64,000 nucleotides of DNA. Origin: Euprymna scolopes (lineage: Eukaryota). Both the position numbers and the translations under genes were made by a program. The DNA lies in assembly GCA_053919585.1 (NCBI GenBank), contig CM132785.1. One strand, written 5' to 3'. Of the stretch, positions 13,251 to 27,230 are shown piece after piece; position 1 is the stretch's first letter, and each line of letters opens with the position of its first letter. Below the pieces are notes generated by a model. It worked only from the letters and a program-made list of their open reading frames with translations. It made no database searches and was not told the DNA's origin.

Positions 13251-13994
13251 TCTATATATATAAAAGGCAAAATGCATGCGAGAGATTTGTATGTCAAACA
13301 AAGGCGTTTTCTGCAAGACTTCGCAGGGAGGGGGGTACTATCGCTTAGAAGTGTTTATATACCCCCCTAGATAAAAATATCCAGGATTTGTGAATGCGTG
13401 TCGCGTCTAGATTTATGTACAGCGACCTTTACGCAATTTTTGCTATTTTAGCCCCCTTTGTGTTGATTCGGCTTTTAAAATTAAATGTGGAATTTACTTT
13501 CCTTTGACCTAATTAATTTCGCCGCTCACCTGCCATTTATAAACGTTAAATTGAAATTGCTTTCAGTTACTTTCCTTTCGTGGGCGAGCGAGCAACTTAT
13601 CAAGGTTTTCGCCTCAACGTTCTGGGTTCGATCCTACCTACCTACCAAAACTTAAAAAAAAAAAATTTTCCGCTTATTTTAAACAAGTTTTTTTTTTATT
13701 TTACTTTTTTCTTCTTTTTACATCAAGTTTGTTGTTTTTTTGTTTTTTTCTTTTTTCCGATTTTTCAAAAGAAGTTTAACATAGGGTCTACATCTATCCC
13801 CTTCCCCAACATACACACACACCTACAAAAAACGTTTTTTTGCTGTTTTTTTTTTATTTTGTCATTGTTTGTTTTTAAAATATTTGCTTTCGAGCTTACT
13901 TTCCCACCAAAACATTTTTTTCTTTTTTTATCTACCCCCCACCTCCAACACACAGACCTACAAGCATCCGGGCAACGCCGGGTACCCCCGCTAG
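13251..13994 (+). mobile_element. Non-autonomous Helitron
   Basis: Starts A|TCTATATATATAAAA and ends with the GC-rich hairpin CCGGGCAACGCCGGG followed by CTAG|T. This is insertion at an AT dinucleotide with no TSD. Confidence 0.85.
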
Positions 13995-14029
13995 TAGAAA
14001 ATAAAATATGTTATTTGTAGGAGTATCCA

Positions 14030-14240
14030 CTCTAAAAGATCCTGTACTATTAACCTTCAAACCCTCTTCAATCGCCACAATGTTGCATCTCTGTGCTTGT
14101 TTTACAAGTACTTTAATGGAATGTGTTCTGATGAACTCCAAAAACTAGCCCCCCCTTGTAATCTGAATAGACATGTCGCTCATCTCCTTACATATTCCAG
14201 AGTAGCCGCCTCTCACGTTCATATCATGCCTCGTTTGAGG
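14030..14240 (+). mobile_element. CR1/Zenon-like LINE RT C-terminal fragment
   Basis: From 14052 it translates as NLQTLFNRHNVASLCLFYKYFNGMCSDELQKLAPP, homologous to the 751-984 peptide. Confidence 0.85.
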
Positions 14241-14589
14241 TGAATAGAAGTAAGAAAAGGAAAGATTAAATAATGGATAATTGAATATTTATCAATTAAT
14301 CAAATGAAATACAAAATTCTTGACTTCTTTTTATGTTTATATTCTAAAGGAGAAACTGTACTCAGCAAAAACCATTACATCAACAATATCATATACAAAA
14401 TGTTATTGTTCAAAAGGATGTTACAAAATGTTATTGTTCAAAAGGATGTTTTACAGTTTTATTGTTTATAGTCAAGAATGTCTGCTCTTTTTGACTTCCG
14501 GTTTCTGCTGTCCATTTGATTGGATAATTAGACATGGTCATCGGACTAATCTTGTCTGTCCTCATCGTCTAGTTTGTGTTTTGGTAGAT

Positions 14590-14965
14590 GCATTCAGATG
14601 TATTTTGTCAAACTCCGGAATCTTCACAGAATATCGAACAGAACCTTCATTAAATCCATGGGGATAGCATGCTCTCATTCGGTCAGACATAACCGGAGAC
14701 AAAAGTTTTATGTAATTCATAGGTGTATTTTCCATATCACCCACACTAAGGATTCAACCTTCAATCTTTAAAAGAAGGTCCCTTGGAACTGAATTTTACT
14801 TATTCACCTTCAATCTTTGAAAGAATATCTCTTAAAACTGAATTTTACTTATGCCAAGAGTCTTTGCAGAATAAATAGTTTTCTTTGAAATTCTTTAGAG
14901 ATTCTAAAAGAATAATTGAAATAATCCAAATTATCAATCCTCATCTAAACAAATTCACAAATGTA
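14590..14965. mobile_element. Penelope-like family B fragment (inverted body plus forward tail)
   Basis: The minus-strand body TAAATCCATGGGGATAGCATGCTCTC...TTCAACCTTCAA...AACTGAATTTTACTTAT matches 60550-60705. The forward tail ATTATCAATCCTCATCTAAA is at ~14930. Confidence 0.7.
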
Positions 14966-15191
14966 GGCGTTGATTAAACTACAGTTAGAATTATACTTTT
15001 GACATAATATGTTGTACATATGCTAAAGTTTATTAAAATGTTTTAAAATCCGAGTCACATTAAGGAGTCAGGATATATATTTATCTCCCTCCTATAAATG
15101 CGGGTCCTCTCACAGTGACCGTTCATGTTTTCAGTACCAATGTGAGAAAAAAATGTAAATAAAAATAAAACTGAATACAAGTAAAATACAT

Positions 15192-15689
15192 TTATTGAGA
15201 TTGTCGGACTGACTTCCTCATCTTGGTTGTTATAGTCACAACGTTCCGACCATTTTGCTCTCCGGCCTTCATCAGGTGTTTTGTATCGAAGTGGGGAACC
15301 GTTTGTTAGGAGTCTCGAACCCAACCCTTTATTATTATAGTGACATATAGCCGAGTGGTCCTAGATGTTGTATCAACGTTTACAGTTACCCAAAGATGCT
15401 GAGTTCAATCCTGAACGAAGGCAGTGCAAAGTAACATTCAAAACAGAGAATCAGCAACTATGTCCCAGAGCCTAGCTGGAGTCCGAACACGGTACCCCCA
15501 TAATAATAATAATAAAGGGTTGGGTTCGAAACTCGTAACAAACGGTTCCCCAGTTTGATACAAAACACCCGATGAAGGCCGGAGGGCAAAACGGCCGAAA
15601 CGTTGTGAATATAACAACCAAGATGAGGAAGTCAGTCCGACAATCTCAATAAATGAAAACACCTCATCTCAAAAATACAGACAATTACT
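15192..15689. mobile_element. Penelope-like fold-back element (family A) with 13-bp TSD and two inverted hammerheads
   Basis: ~150-bp inverted arms (15189-15338 / ~15506-15655), each with an HHR motif, and an unpaired ~34-nt tail AAAACACCTCATCTCAAAAATACAGACAATTACT. TSD AAGTAAAATACAT at 15179-15191 and 15690-15702. Confidence 0.9.
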
Positions 15690-16665
15690 AAGTAAAATAC
15701 ATAACCACATTTTAATAATAACCATGAAGCTAATACATATTTTTTTTATTTCGTAGACAATAGTAGAAAATTAACGTTAAAATGCTTGAAATTATTTGAA
15801 TAATTATCCTAATTTTTTTTTTATTCTCAAATTCCTCTTCTTGAATTTTGTAAAATAATCAATAATTTACTGAAGTCAATTATCTTTGATTATGAAAATA
15901 GAAATAATGGTTTGATCCTGCTGTTCAAATTTGGAGATTTTATTGCATTATTTTTATTCATTGTTAAGCTTCATGATTTAATTCTTGAGAACAAATTTTG
16001 CGTACGGGCAATATAACTTGGGTGTATATATTTACATGTATAATGTGTGTGCATACATATTTATAAATGTTTCTTAGCTTCTAGTATGTACAATGCATAT
16101 ATACATTCAGTTAATATTATTGTAATTTTCTTTTTTATTAAGCAGCCGGCTGCGGGAGAATAGTTACACATATAAAGACCGTTCATTTACTACATGACAA
16201 TACATAGCATACGTTAGGACACACACCTCCTTTCTTGATTTAAGGTTTCTCCAGAAGAAAGCAACAAATATTTTCATATAACTATATTTTACGGGCCATT
16301 ATTTCCGATTGGAGCTGCAAGACGTTGTAAGTTCAATATAATTTTACGGTTGCATTTCTTCCAGCTTCCAAACGCAGTGACGATATCTTGCATGCTTATT
16401 AGTCCTAGCTCTAAAACTAAACCGTACGTGTCTCTTATAATCTATCTAATTACGTCATTAGTACATGTATCATACAGGTCACCTGATTCCATCGATAAAT
16501 CATCTTACTTGTTCATGTTCTAAGATTCCAGGCTATCTCTAACAAATATTTAATCCGTAAAAATACCTTTTGCCTTGGTACATATTTTAAAAATACTATT
16601 TTCCTAATATCAAAAAATATCATAATAATCGTTCAGGTTACTTGACCCTCCCCCCAGCAGTGCTT

Positions 16666-16666
<1 letters not shown>

Positions 16667-16737
<71 letters not shown>
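16667..16737. repeat. Compound (CT)n(AT)n microsatellite
   Basis: Directly visible. Other (TA)n runs at ~2395, 2559, 26380, 44191, 47620, 52960, 53343 and 54368; (CA)n at ~29114. Confidence 0.95.
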
Positions 16738-16743
<6 letters not shown>

Positions 16744-19638
16744 TTAAGAGGAAAAATTAAGTTTATAAGTCAAAAGCTTTTGCCAAATTTAAAGATAATA
16801 TAAACATTAATATTTATATAGTAATCCCAACCAAATAAAAAGAAAACAATACAACCAAAATAGAAACTAGTGCTTGTCATAAAACAATTAAAGACTGTAA
16901 ATTACAATTTACAAGACAGGATACTCATTCCCTTAATACGGAGTTTTTGCATACCTGAATAGTTTTCATATCATGCAGTTTCAATTCATGTCAGCGCCAG
17001 TAAATTGATAGCTTTACTATGATATTTAATAATATATTTCTTCTGATGAAAAGAATGCATTCTTTGAAACTCTGCGGATTAAGGAAATTTTTATATTTCT
17101 TTTTGAGTATCCTGTCAAACAATAAATTCTTGCAAATTAGAAGTTTCAGTCTTAAATATATGTTACACATATATATATATAACACAACGAGATGAAATAA
17201 TGTTCTTTTACTTACCATGTAGATAGTATAATATTCCATTTCAGATTCATTGTCAGTTGCAGTGTGCATTGGACAAATGATATTTAATCGATCCCCAAGA
17301 TTTACTACAAGTTTCTGATTATCTGGTTTAAATCTGTAAAAAAAATCAAAGAAAAAAACGTCATTTTTGTTCGATTTCAGTTAAAAATATATGAATGAAT
17401 ATAATTGTTGAATTGGCATACATATAGGTGAAAGCTGATATATTTAAAACATCACAAGACAACTGCAGAAAGAGAAAGAAAGAACGAGTTATGTAGTATT
17501 TGTTAGCATTGGAATGGCAAATAATGTAAAACAAGCAAATTTGGCGCTGAATGACTCAAGGGTTAATGTGACACGGAAACAAAGAAATCATGCACACAAA
17601 GAAATAAACAGAAAAAAGGAGGGCTTGTAATGAATGAAAAATATAAGTTTAAAATAAAAATAAATTATAAAAACGTAAATCTACCATCATAAGAGAGATA
17701 GAGAGGTTGCCGAGGTTGTTAATCCCCAAACATGAAGAGAAAAATTATAAGAAGTTGGTTGTTGCCGTTTCTGGCATATCAACCATTGTTGAGTCATTTC
17801 ATGTCATAACTGTTTATTTATTACGCAAATCTCTCCAGACAAGGCACGAAGCCATTTCATGTAAGGAGCTAACAAGAACGAAAAGATGATTATCGCCATA
17901 ATCTTAACAAAAAAAAGCATTTACCACGATATTTTTCCTAGTGTCATTTTTGCTTAAATTTCTTATTATAATCTATAATTTTTAGTTTTATTGATAGATT
18001 AAAATCAATAAATATTTATCAATGTGTGATAGGTACAAAAAATGGAAAAGTTTTAAACAATAAAATAAATAAATCGTTTTTGGAATTGGAATTCAATTTT
18101 TCCTATACCTGATTACAATTAATTATCTCAATACTAGCTACCATATTTATTTATTTTTTTCAAAATTTCACCTCCAAAAAGTAGTAAAAAACTAAGTAAA
18201 GATGGAAAATGCTATATCCAATTACAATACCCTCATTTCATTTTATTATAGGAATGGATCTCCCCACTGCTTTGTTGGCTTGGAAACTTAGGTAGGAAAT
18301 ACCAGTCAAAAATCCGTTCTTGGCAATCAGCCCAACAGGCTTTGGCATGAGGCTTTCGGGTGGGGCGTGTTTATTGCTTGTTGCCTGAAGCTCTCCTACT
18401 AGAAAATGCCGATGGAGACGCCCAGGCAATTTCTACTAGGCCATAGTTCCTCTTCTTTAAGGGCGCTGGCTGGACATCCCCACTTATTTAACCTTGTGTC
18501 ACATCTTGTGGAGGTGAGCAGCAAGTAAATATATACAAGAAGCTAGCCCAAATAATTTTGATTATTTAAAACACAGACTGTAGGTCCAATGTTTTTTTTT
18601 TTTTTCAACTTTGTTGTTCAGCTTTTTTTGTGCATCTGAAAAGCAATGTGACTTTGAATTACTTTAAATCAATTATGGTCACGTGACCATAATTGATTTG
18701 CAAGCCCATTTGAACAGGGACATGATTGTAGATATGTATGCATAAATGTGAATAGACATAACACAGTGTAAGACAAAGAAATCTTAATCTGTAAGATGTG
18801 GCAGAGAGAAACATTTTAGTGCGAAATGAATTCACAACTCTGACTGTCAACGTGACCTACTTTTGTTAATGAAGTAGATAATCTGTGATCATCAAAATAG
18901 ATATCACTTTTGAGAGGCAAAGCGTGAGGTCCATTCTACAAGCTGTGAAGAGGTTGATAGACAGTCGTGGTGTCAAAGTCTTCGAGGTGTTTCAAATAAC
19001 ACAAAGAAAAGGAAAAACGGTGCCATGATTAGATCATAAGCAACATGGTAAACGAAAACCTTGAGTGGAGATTGCTAACAGCATCTAGGTACCTGAAAAA
19101 GTGTGAAGAATTTGGTAATTTGGAGACAGAAGACAAGAACCGGAATTGATAGGCAGCAAAGACGTGCACGGTGTCATAATTCAGTTCAGATGGCTTCAGT
19201 GACAAGACAAGAATTATTAAGAGCGTTAGCAAGAGGCAAGAATTTAGGAGATGTAAGGGTTGGGAGAATAAAAGTTTCCAGGTGCGAGATATTTGATAAC
19301 GTTTTGTGGGTAAAAAACAACGAACAGAGATTATAAAGTGAATATTGTTCAAAAGACGAGGCTTAATCAGGTAAGAATGAAAAGATGGCGGCTGTTCATT
19401 ATTAAACCTAACCAGAACGAATCGCCTCAACATGCCTCCATTCAATCTTTTTTAAATTTTCTTATTATAAATAAAATTATAAGTTTAAAAAGTCATTTAG
19501 TTTCGACGATGGAAAAAATTTGGTTTGAATAGCGCATTCCTTTCAGTTAAAGTCAAACGATATTGATCAATAGAAATGAGGAGACGATGTGGTTGTTCTA
19601 GTAGTGGAAAGTACAAGAAAACATTCCTTAAGTGAATC

Positions 19639-19641
<3 letters not shown>

Positions 19642-19698
<57 letters not shown>
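19642..19698. repeat. (ATT)n microsatellite
   Basis: Directly visible. Confidence 0.95.
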
Positions 19699-19699
<1 letters not shown>

Positions 19700-20364
19700 T
19701 ATGTAATACGTATATGTATTTTTGTGAATTGCAATCTGATAAAGAAGATAGGGTCGCCATAACGCAACATGGCTTCTAGTTGTCTGCGAAAGATATGAAA
19801 TTGCAGCATTTTTAACTTACAGATCTACAGAAATAAATCTGAGGTATCGACATTTTAGAAGCGGAAAGACCTGACATTAAAAGCATTCATTGTGTTTTGC
19901 CAAAAATATTGAAATTTTTTTTCTACAAAAAAAAATTATAGATATCAAACAAAAATCTGAAAGCAGTTTTTGAAGCCCTCATCCACCTGAGGGTTAATGG
20001 ACCACTTAAAGAATATTTTGAGTGTATCCCAGATATTTTCATAATCTAGTTGAACCTATTTCATGAATTCACGAGGGATTTTGTTTTCTCCTTGTATTTC
20101 CATTAAGCCGTGTAAGAAGCCCAACTGTAAAAGAGATTAAATAACTTATTCTAGTCTATATCCTGGTTTCCAGATGATAAACTCAATGGTGAAACTCAAC
20201 TGGTTTTACACTCGAACACTTCTCAATAAAATTAAAAACGTTCCCAAAACCAACGCCTGAATTGTTTTCGGTATTTATACAGTTTATGACCCAATCTCTA
20301 ACAATTAGCATCTTACATAAGCGGCCGATGTTGTCCAATCAAAACTGCCAGGCGTTTAATTCAA

Positions 20365-20640
20365 AACGGGCTGTTACCTTCCTATGTTAAGAATGGCTTT
20401 CTAATCATAAAGCCATTCTTAACATGGAAGCAGGGAGGATTTTACACTGACATAGCATGATGAAAATTATTTTGGGCTTAATTTTTTGTTGATTTAATGG
20501 ATTTCACGCTTCCATTCAAACTTGTCTTCTGACAGCTAATTGGATAATCGCTTCGACATTTTCTAACTGCTTAAGTAACTTGCCGGAAGATATCACTGTG
20601 ATGTTGGTGGAGATTGGGTCGTAAACTAGATAAGTATATT
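20365..20640. repeat. Dispersed repeat with long palindrome, copy 2
   Basis: Perfect 17-bp stem 20384-20400 / 20409-20425. The downstream block is homologous to 4039-4156. Confidence 0.75.
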
Positions 20641-22009
20641 GTTTTTCAAGAACATCTTAGACGCATTCTTCACCATGCTTCTGTCTAAAATAGTAATTTC
20701 CTATGATAAATGTTTTAAATTTCATTTACTAATGACTCAACACTTTTTAAGGCTAAAAGCCACTCGAGAATAAAAGTTTCTAAAATGTCTAGATTATCAA
20801 GTGAATGATGAAGAATATGATGAAACGATTGAAAGTGATTAATGGAATGACCAAAATTTAATCACTTAAGGAAGTCAAGTATCTCTTGACATTTAATTTG
20901 AACAGTTTCTTTCCAAAGTTCCCATTTATGGAAAGCATTATCACGGGACTGATTCCCTACAGATAACAACATGGTCATCTTCCAAGACCTTTAGGATTAT
21001 GGAATTCTCTTTCTGGTGACTGTTTTGTTCATATAGCTTTTTTTAAAACTAATGACTATAGGCATCTCCTGTCTTTGTGATGATTGTATTTCATTCTTGT
21101 TACCTCCTTACACCAAGTGGCGCTATGCGTTGTCTGGAGCGATTCAGTATAAAATAAAGTCTAATGTTATCAAATATTTGTAACAAACCTAATAAGTAAT
21201 TAAATTTTCTTCTTTTCATCCACAATTTCCCATCGTCTTATAATATTCATCGTGATTCTACTGCCATTAATGCAAATATTCGATTGGTTTTTATTCTTAA
21301 GTTGTGACTCATTTGTAGATTTAAAAAATTCTAAATAAAACTGATTGCACAAACCATTAGGTTAATTAAGCACCGCTACCTACTTTTATTGATAATTATT
21401 TTCGGTATGATATGCACGGTATTACTTGTTGCATGTGTATTTTTATTGTTGCATTTCATATGCATTAATTGAAATCTGCACCAAAATGTTGATGTCATCT
21501 TTGCACGAATGATGCACCTGTGTAGATATTTAGTTGCAGGCTATTCTCATTTTCATGTCAAATAAAATGATGCAGGCCATTGTTGGAAACAAATGCTTGG
21601 AGCAAATAAAGAAAAAAAAAAACATGAAACAAATCGCAAACGTTCTTTCAAAGTTCCACAAGCGCACAATGACAAAAGAAGGAGACTTGGGTCAATCAAA
21701 CAGTTACTTCCTCCACCAGGAAATAAAGTCGTTTACATTGAAGTTGCTGTAAACCATGTTACGGATAAATTAAGCACTCATTGTTATTCTTATGGCGACA
21801 TTCAAATACAGTGAAGGCATTAATAGTTGTTTTGTGCATGGGTGGAAAGAAGCAGAGATTGAGGGTTGGAAGTTGCAGTAATAATGAGGCCCTAGTGCAT
21901 CCCCCCTTTTTTCTTTACTCTCCCCACCACTTTTTTCCACCCCACTTCCCACTGATCACTGCTAACATATATGAATTTCACCAATGTGGCTAGTTCTGAT
22001 ATTGTGACA

Positions 22010-22900
22010 AAAATAAAAGGAAGAGAAAGAATGAGTGATGAGTATGGAAAATGAGAGGAGGAGGAGGAATAAAAGATTGATGGTTAGTCGAGGAAGGGAG
22101 AAAAGAGTAAAGGAAGGGAAGCAGATGATTGAAAAAGAAGGACAAATAGTAAAGAGAAGAGGAAAGTGAACAGAGAAGAGAAAGAGGAAAAGGGGGGGGG
22201 AAACATGAGAAACAATGAGGAGAGGGAACTAAAAACATTAAAGAAAGAAAAAGTGGGGGGGCTGAAAGAGTGTTGTGTAGAAGGAGAGAAAAATAAAATT
22301 AGAGGATAATGGAAGCCGGAAAGAAAAAAAAAATGAAAGAATAAAAGGAGATAGAAATGAATGTGGAGGAAAAGAGATAAATAAAAGGATGAAGAGGAGG
22401 AGGAGAAGAGAAATAAAATGTAAAAGGAGGAGGAGAGGGAAATGAAAGGGCAAGGTGAGGATAAAATGAGAGAAATTAAATGGCAAAGGGAGAAGGAGAG
22501 GGAAAGGAAAAGGTAAATGGAGGGAGAGAATAGAAAAATGAAAGAGTAAAGGGGAGAGGAGAGTAGAAAAATGAAAATGATAAAGGGAGTAGCAGCTGGA
22601 AATGGAATGGCAAAAGTAGAAAGAAAGTAATAGAAGAGATTGCGAATGAGATACGAAACAATGGAAAACATAAATAGAAGAGTAGAGATAGGGGAAATAG
22701 AGCAACAACTTTTGCTAGGGAGTAAGAGAAAGAATAACAAAATAAAAATAAAAACTAAAAGAGTGGAGAAAGGAGTACAGGAAGGCGATAAAGAGATAGC
22801 AAATGAGTGAAGAATACAAATTTGGAAAGAAAGAAAAGGAGAAGATACTGACAGAATCTAATCCTAAATGAGAACATAGAAACAAAGATGAAGAGAGTAT
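22010..22900 (+). repeat. Purine-rich (GA-rich) low-complexity tract
   Basis: Almost exclusively A/G on the + strand; it generates spurious F/L/S-rich ORFs on the - strand. Confidence 0.9.
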
Positions 22901-24859
22901 AATGATGCACACAGAAATTGGCGATGAACTCTCATTTACGATAAGAGATTCATTTGAAAAATACAATCTCAAAAATGCCTGCAACGATGAGGAAACGTTG
23001 TGTCTGATGATTGGGGATTTATTCACCACGAAATAAAGGAAATTGGGTGAGGTATAGAGGTGGGCGGGGAGGGGGGACAAAAGGTGCTCTTTTCGCCCAG
23101 TCAATGAAATAACAACTGCCTATTGTTCCCGTGGCTTTATTCGTTGTTTGACAAAAAATCCAGCGACCCAACCTTACATCATATTTTAAAGCTGGTCTAA
23201 AAACGCTGCAATTAATTTAAAAAAGAAAACGTCATCAAAAGGATCACAACCCAATAAAACACAAGGAGTTCATAAGCCAGTATTCATTTAAATAGGGCCA
23301 TAACGTTTAGTGTGTGTGTATGGAGAGGGACGGTATATCTTCACGGTGCGATGCATAAACCAAATAGTTTGCAATCAACTGATTGCTAAAACGAGTTATT
23401 TCCCCCTTTTTACTTAATAATTACTGTACTTTGTTAACTGATATTTTCGTTCTGATCAAACCGACAGAAAATTAAATCATAATTTCATGACCAATTAGGT
23501 AAAAAAACAATATAGTAAATATGATGACTTTTATTAAAGTTTTACATGCCATTTATAAAAGTCAATGTTACGTTAAAAAAAAAAAAAAAGAATTCATCGA
23601 TTTGGGTATCACAGATTTTAGAAACATACAATTTGAAACATGAACCAGAAATATAGGTAAAAGAGCATGTTGAGCGTGGCAAGTAAATTCCTCTGAACCA
23701 GTTGTCCCTCAATCAAAAGTGTACGTTGAATTTATGACCATTGTAAAATTTGTATTTTAAACATACAAAAGTGAGGTTAACACATACATAAGAAAATCTG
23801 TATTGTTTTGTTTATATTGAAATATGTTTATTTACAGAAATATTCTATATTGAAAACAAGCCGAGCATGCGTGGTTCTCCTACACGAGTGAAAAATTACT
23901 TTCACCATGACTAATGTTGGTACAAACTTTTTTTTTTTTAATCCAAGGCGTGGTTAACGAAATGAACGGATGAATGATTTTGGGGCAATTGTACCGAGGG
24001 AGCAACCAGAGTTAGACCGAAAAATCTGTTTTGGCAAAAATTTACTTTCCCCATTATTAATATTTGTGTAAAATTTCAATAAAATCTAAGTCGTGGTTAT
24101 TGAGAAAAGTGCAAACAAACGAACAGGAGTGAATTATTAGGTCCTTCTTTGGGGGATCAATAATTTTTTTTTTTTTTATAAATATAAAATAATTAAACAA
24201 ATATTTTATTAACATACATATTTAATAAGGAAATGTCTAATTGTATAAAAATGTTTTTTTTTTTTTTAATTAGAACTTTAGTATTTTTATTTTATAAACG
24301 CATTGGAATATTTATTATTACAAAATATTCAAGCGAACCTTTATTTAACAAATATTTATGAACGAAAATTTGTTCTTATCATGTAGTAGAATTTAATGAT
24401 TGTAGTAAGTAATAGACTAACTTACCAGAGAGTAGTTGCCGCCGCGGTTGAGGGGCTCATTTATCGTCTCAGACGAACGGTAGCTTTGTGGATATTTATA
24501 CTGACAGAGGGAGGTTCATTTGTTATAAAAAAAAAACTTCCTCACTAGTGGACAGTTAAGAGACATGCGAAGAAGGTCGCTAAAGAAGCTTGGTTTGTTT
24601 TTGTTTGCTTTTTTTACGACATCGCTTTAGGCCAGCCAAGCAGTGTTATCTGTCTCTTTTCCCAACATGATTGATTAGTAAATGGCTGAACATGATATAA
24701 CAAGGCCACAGATTGAAGGTACATCCATGAGTGCTGCGAGATACTTTTTTAGGAAGAAGTGACTAGTCTCAGATGTTTTACTTGTATTTGAGATCACGGT
24801 CTTATGTAGATAAAATGAAACACTGACTACAAGATAGTAGTCTTCGAAAAAATGCTTAT

Positions 24860-25300
24860 TGAGACGTCATTCATCATTGCTGACATCCGTTGGGCGGCTT
24901 TAATAAACTGACCTCTAAACTAACCTATTTAGGTCTTTATTTATCTCGCAGCTCCATTTTTTATCACTTCTATGTTTTTCTTGACCGTTACATGTAAACT
25001 GAACCTGCAACTCCAACTGTTCTACATCTACTAATCCAAGAACTCTTCATCTATTCTTATAACTTTTACATTCCAACAAATTCAATTCTTCTATTTCCAC
25101 TATACTCTCCAGATTCCATCATCTCTAAGGTCTTCAGAATAAAGCCTGTTTTTAAGACTCACATTAGCACATCCATTCTATCATTTTTTCTTTCCATGCA
25201 ACGTATATCTTCAACTCTCACTGGTCAGATGTTGCTTCCATACATAATCACACTGTGTACATTGTGACTAATATACCCTCCTCTTGGTTGACAATAGTAA
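24860..25300 (-). mobile_element. Degraded RTE-clade LINE, C-terminal region
   Basis: The minus strand translates, with frameshifts and stops, as MYGSNI*PVRVEDIRCMER...MIEWMC/NVSLKNRLYSEDLRD...SWISRCRTVGVAGS...RSRKT*. This matches the RTE pattern LYGSETW...MLRWMCGV...GRPKKTW. Confidence 0.7.
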
Positions 25301-26376
25301 CGCTCTACTGGTTTAATAATAGCAGAAATAACCGATCCTAATTTTTGCAATAATACCAGCACCTACACCATCCAATGCTTTAATTGGATGACCAAGTTAA
25401 CAAAATTTATTAACAACCTAAATAATTACACCCAACACTTCTTATTCATTTTTCAATCCTCTAACATTATTATTCTTATTCCAATTGACAATATAATTAA
25501 CATTTATCCTGGAGTCGCTTTTGGGTCTTCATAAGCAGTGACTGATTGGTACAACAAAATTTAATCCATTGGTGCTGGCTGAACATATCCTTTACCAAAG
25601 AGGCCCATTTAATTGGCATTTATTTATTCTGGAAAGAAGATTATGAATTTAATACAGGACAAATTCTTCAAGATCAGCCTGAAATCAAAGTACATCAACA
25701 CTTATATACTCTATAGACACAAATAAATATGTAAACGATTTACTATCAAATTTACCCTAACTCGGAATCCAAGGAAACCCTAATTTTCCATGACGTTCTT
25801 CATTGAAACTTAGCTTGTGATCATGTTTATGTCAGCTCTCATCTTTTATATATTAAACACTTTTTAGCAGATATTTTCTTAGTTTTACAGATTCGTTATT
25901 CTTTTTTTGCTGCTGAGATGTCTTTAATATAACAACCGCTGACAATATCGCCACTGCTAAACATCTTACTAACCAACAGTTTCTACCGCCACCTCTAATT
26001 TCGAAAACTTTTACAACAATTCTTGAACGTATTTCTACTAAGCATGCATTTCATGTATTACTATTTAAAGTTAAAAAAACAAAAAAACAACAAACATTAA
26101 TGAAATAAATTTCCATAACATCGACAACATTCTTAAATGCTTATCAGAGTGATAATTAATTAATATTTAATAACGTGATTTACAAGACTATTTTATAAAT
26201 ATCCGGAAATCAATACAGTGAATAATCCATGACTATGGATCCACACCAATCTGAAAGTAGTCAGGTAAAAAGTGACTATGGAAGCAACATCAGCCAGTTT
26301 TTGTCAAAATTAAGAATGATTAAAACCAAATTATGTAGACATAAACTGTATTAGTTAATGTCTAAAGGAAATAATA

Positions 26377-26443
<67 letters not shown>

Positions 26444-27230
26444 CGGTGCCCTTCCTCCAAAAAAAGGTCCATTATTTTAAATAGGGTACGCCTAGCCTGA
26501 CTTAAAAAATCAAGGCTTTATATTTCACATGGACAAGAAATACCTCAAAGACTGACTGAAAAATCTCCTTCCAATCCATCAAGAATAAATAATCCAAAAT
26601 AGTTTCATTTTGCATCAGAATGTACAAAGCTTTTTTCAACTTAATGACTTCACAATTTTCTTTGAGAAAGATTTCAAAGTCTTTTATAGGAACTTAAAAA
26701 AAATAACAATGCATGACATTAAAAAAAAAAGGCAGTCCACGTAAAAATAAATAACGAAAACCATTTAGTATTATTTAACAACCTGGTCATAATATATTTG
26801 CCGTGTTCACCAAATGCAAATCAAGTCAAATTTTAAACATTTGTTATAAGATATCTAAATTTCAAATCTATTGCTTAACATGTGCTATAAAAGTTTACAA
26901 ATCGATTTGATTGTCTAACATTTGATTAAAGTGTTCACAAGATCAGAGAAAATATTATGTGGATACGTTCTGTGTCAAAAATGAAGGAAACAAATTATGC
27001 TTCGTCAGCGTTAGCAATTATATTCACATTCATATAAAATAACGTCTCAATCAGTGAAGTTAAAAAAAGAAACAAGGAAACGTCTCAAACTGAAAAATTA
27101 AAATTCTTCCTCGCTTTCTCCTTTCTCCTAAATAGTTTAAATGGTTTCATCTATCAATTTTTACTCAATGTTTTCATGATGGGACAGATATTTACATAGA
27201 TACAAATAGACACACATTGGAATTTCTCTT

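Noticed and set aside
18860-19340. Possible Tc1-like transposase remnant (TASRYLKKCEEFGNLETEDK)
   Set aside because: No TIRs or catalytic motifs recognisable.
22084-22740. Long F/L/S-rich ORFs (also 37434-37933, 38635-39428, 44282-44785)
   Set aside because: Antisense readings of purine-rich low-complexity tracts, open in several frames because stop codons are compositionally scarce.
23640-24165. Helentron/DINE-like element ending in a GGTCCTTC-TTT-GGGGGATC hairpin
   Set aside because: Only the 3' hairpin and a weak internal repeat are visible; no 5' end identified.
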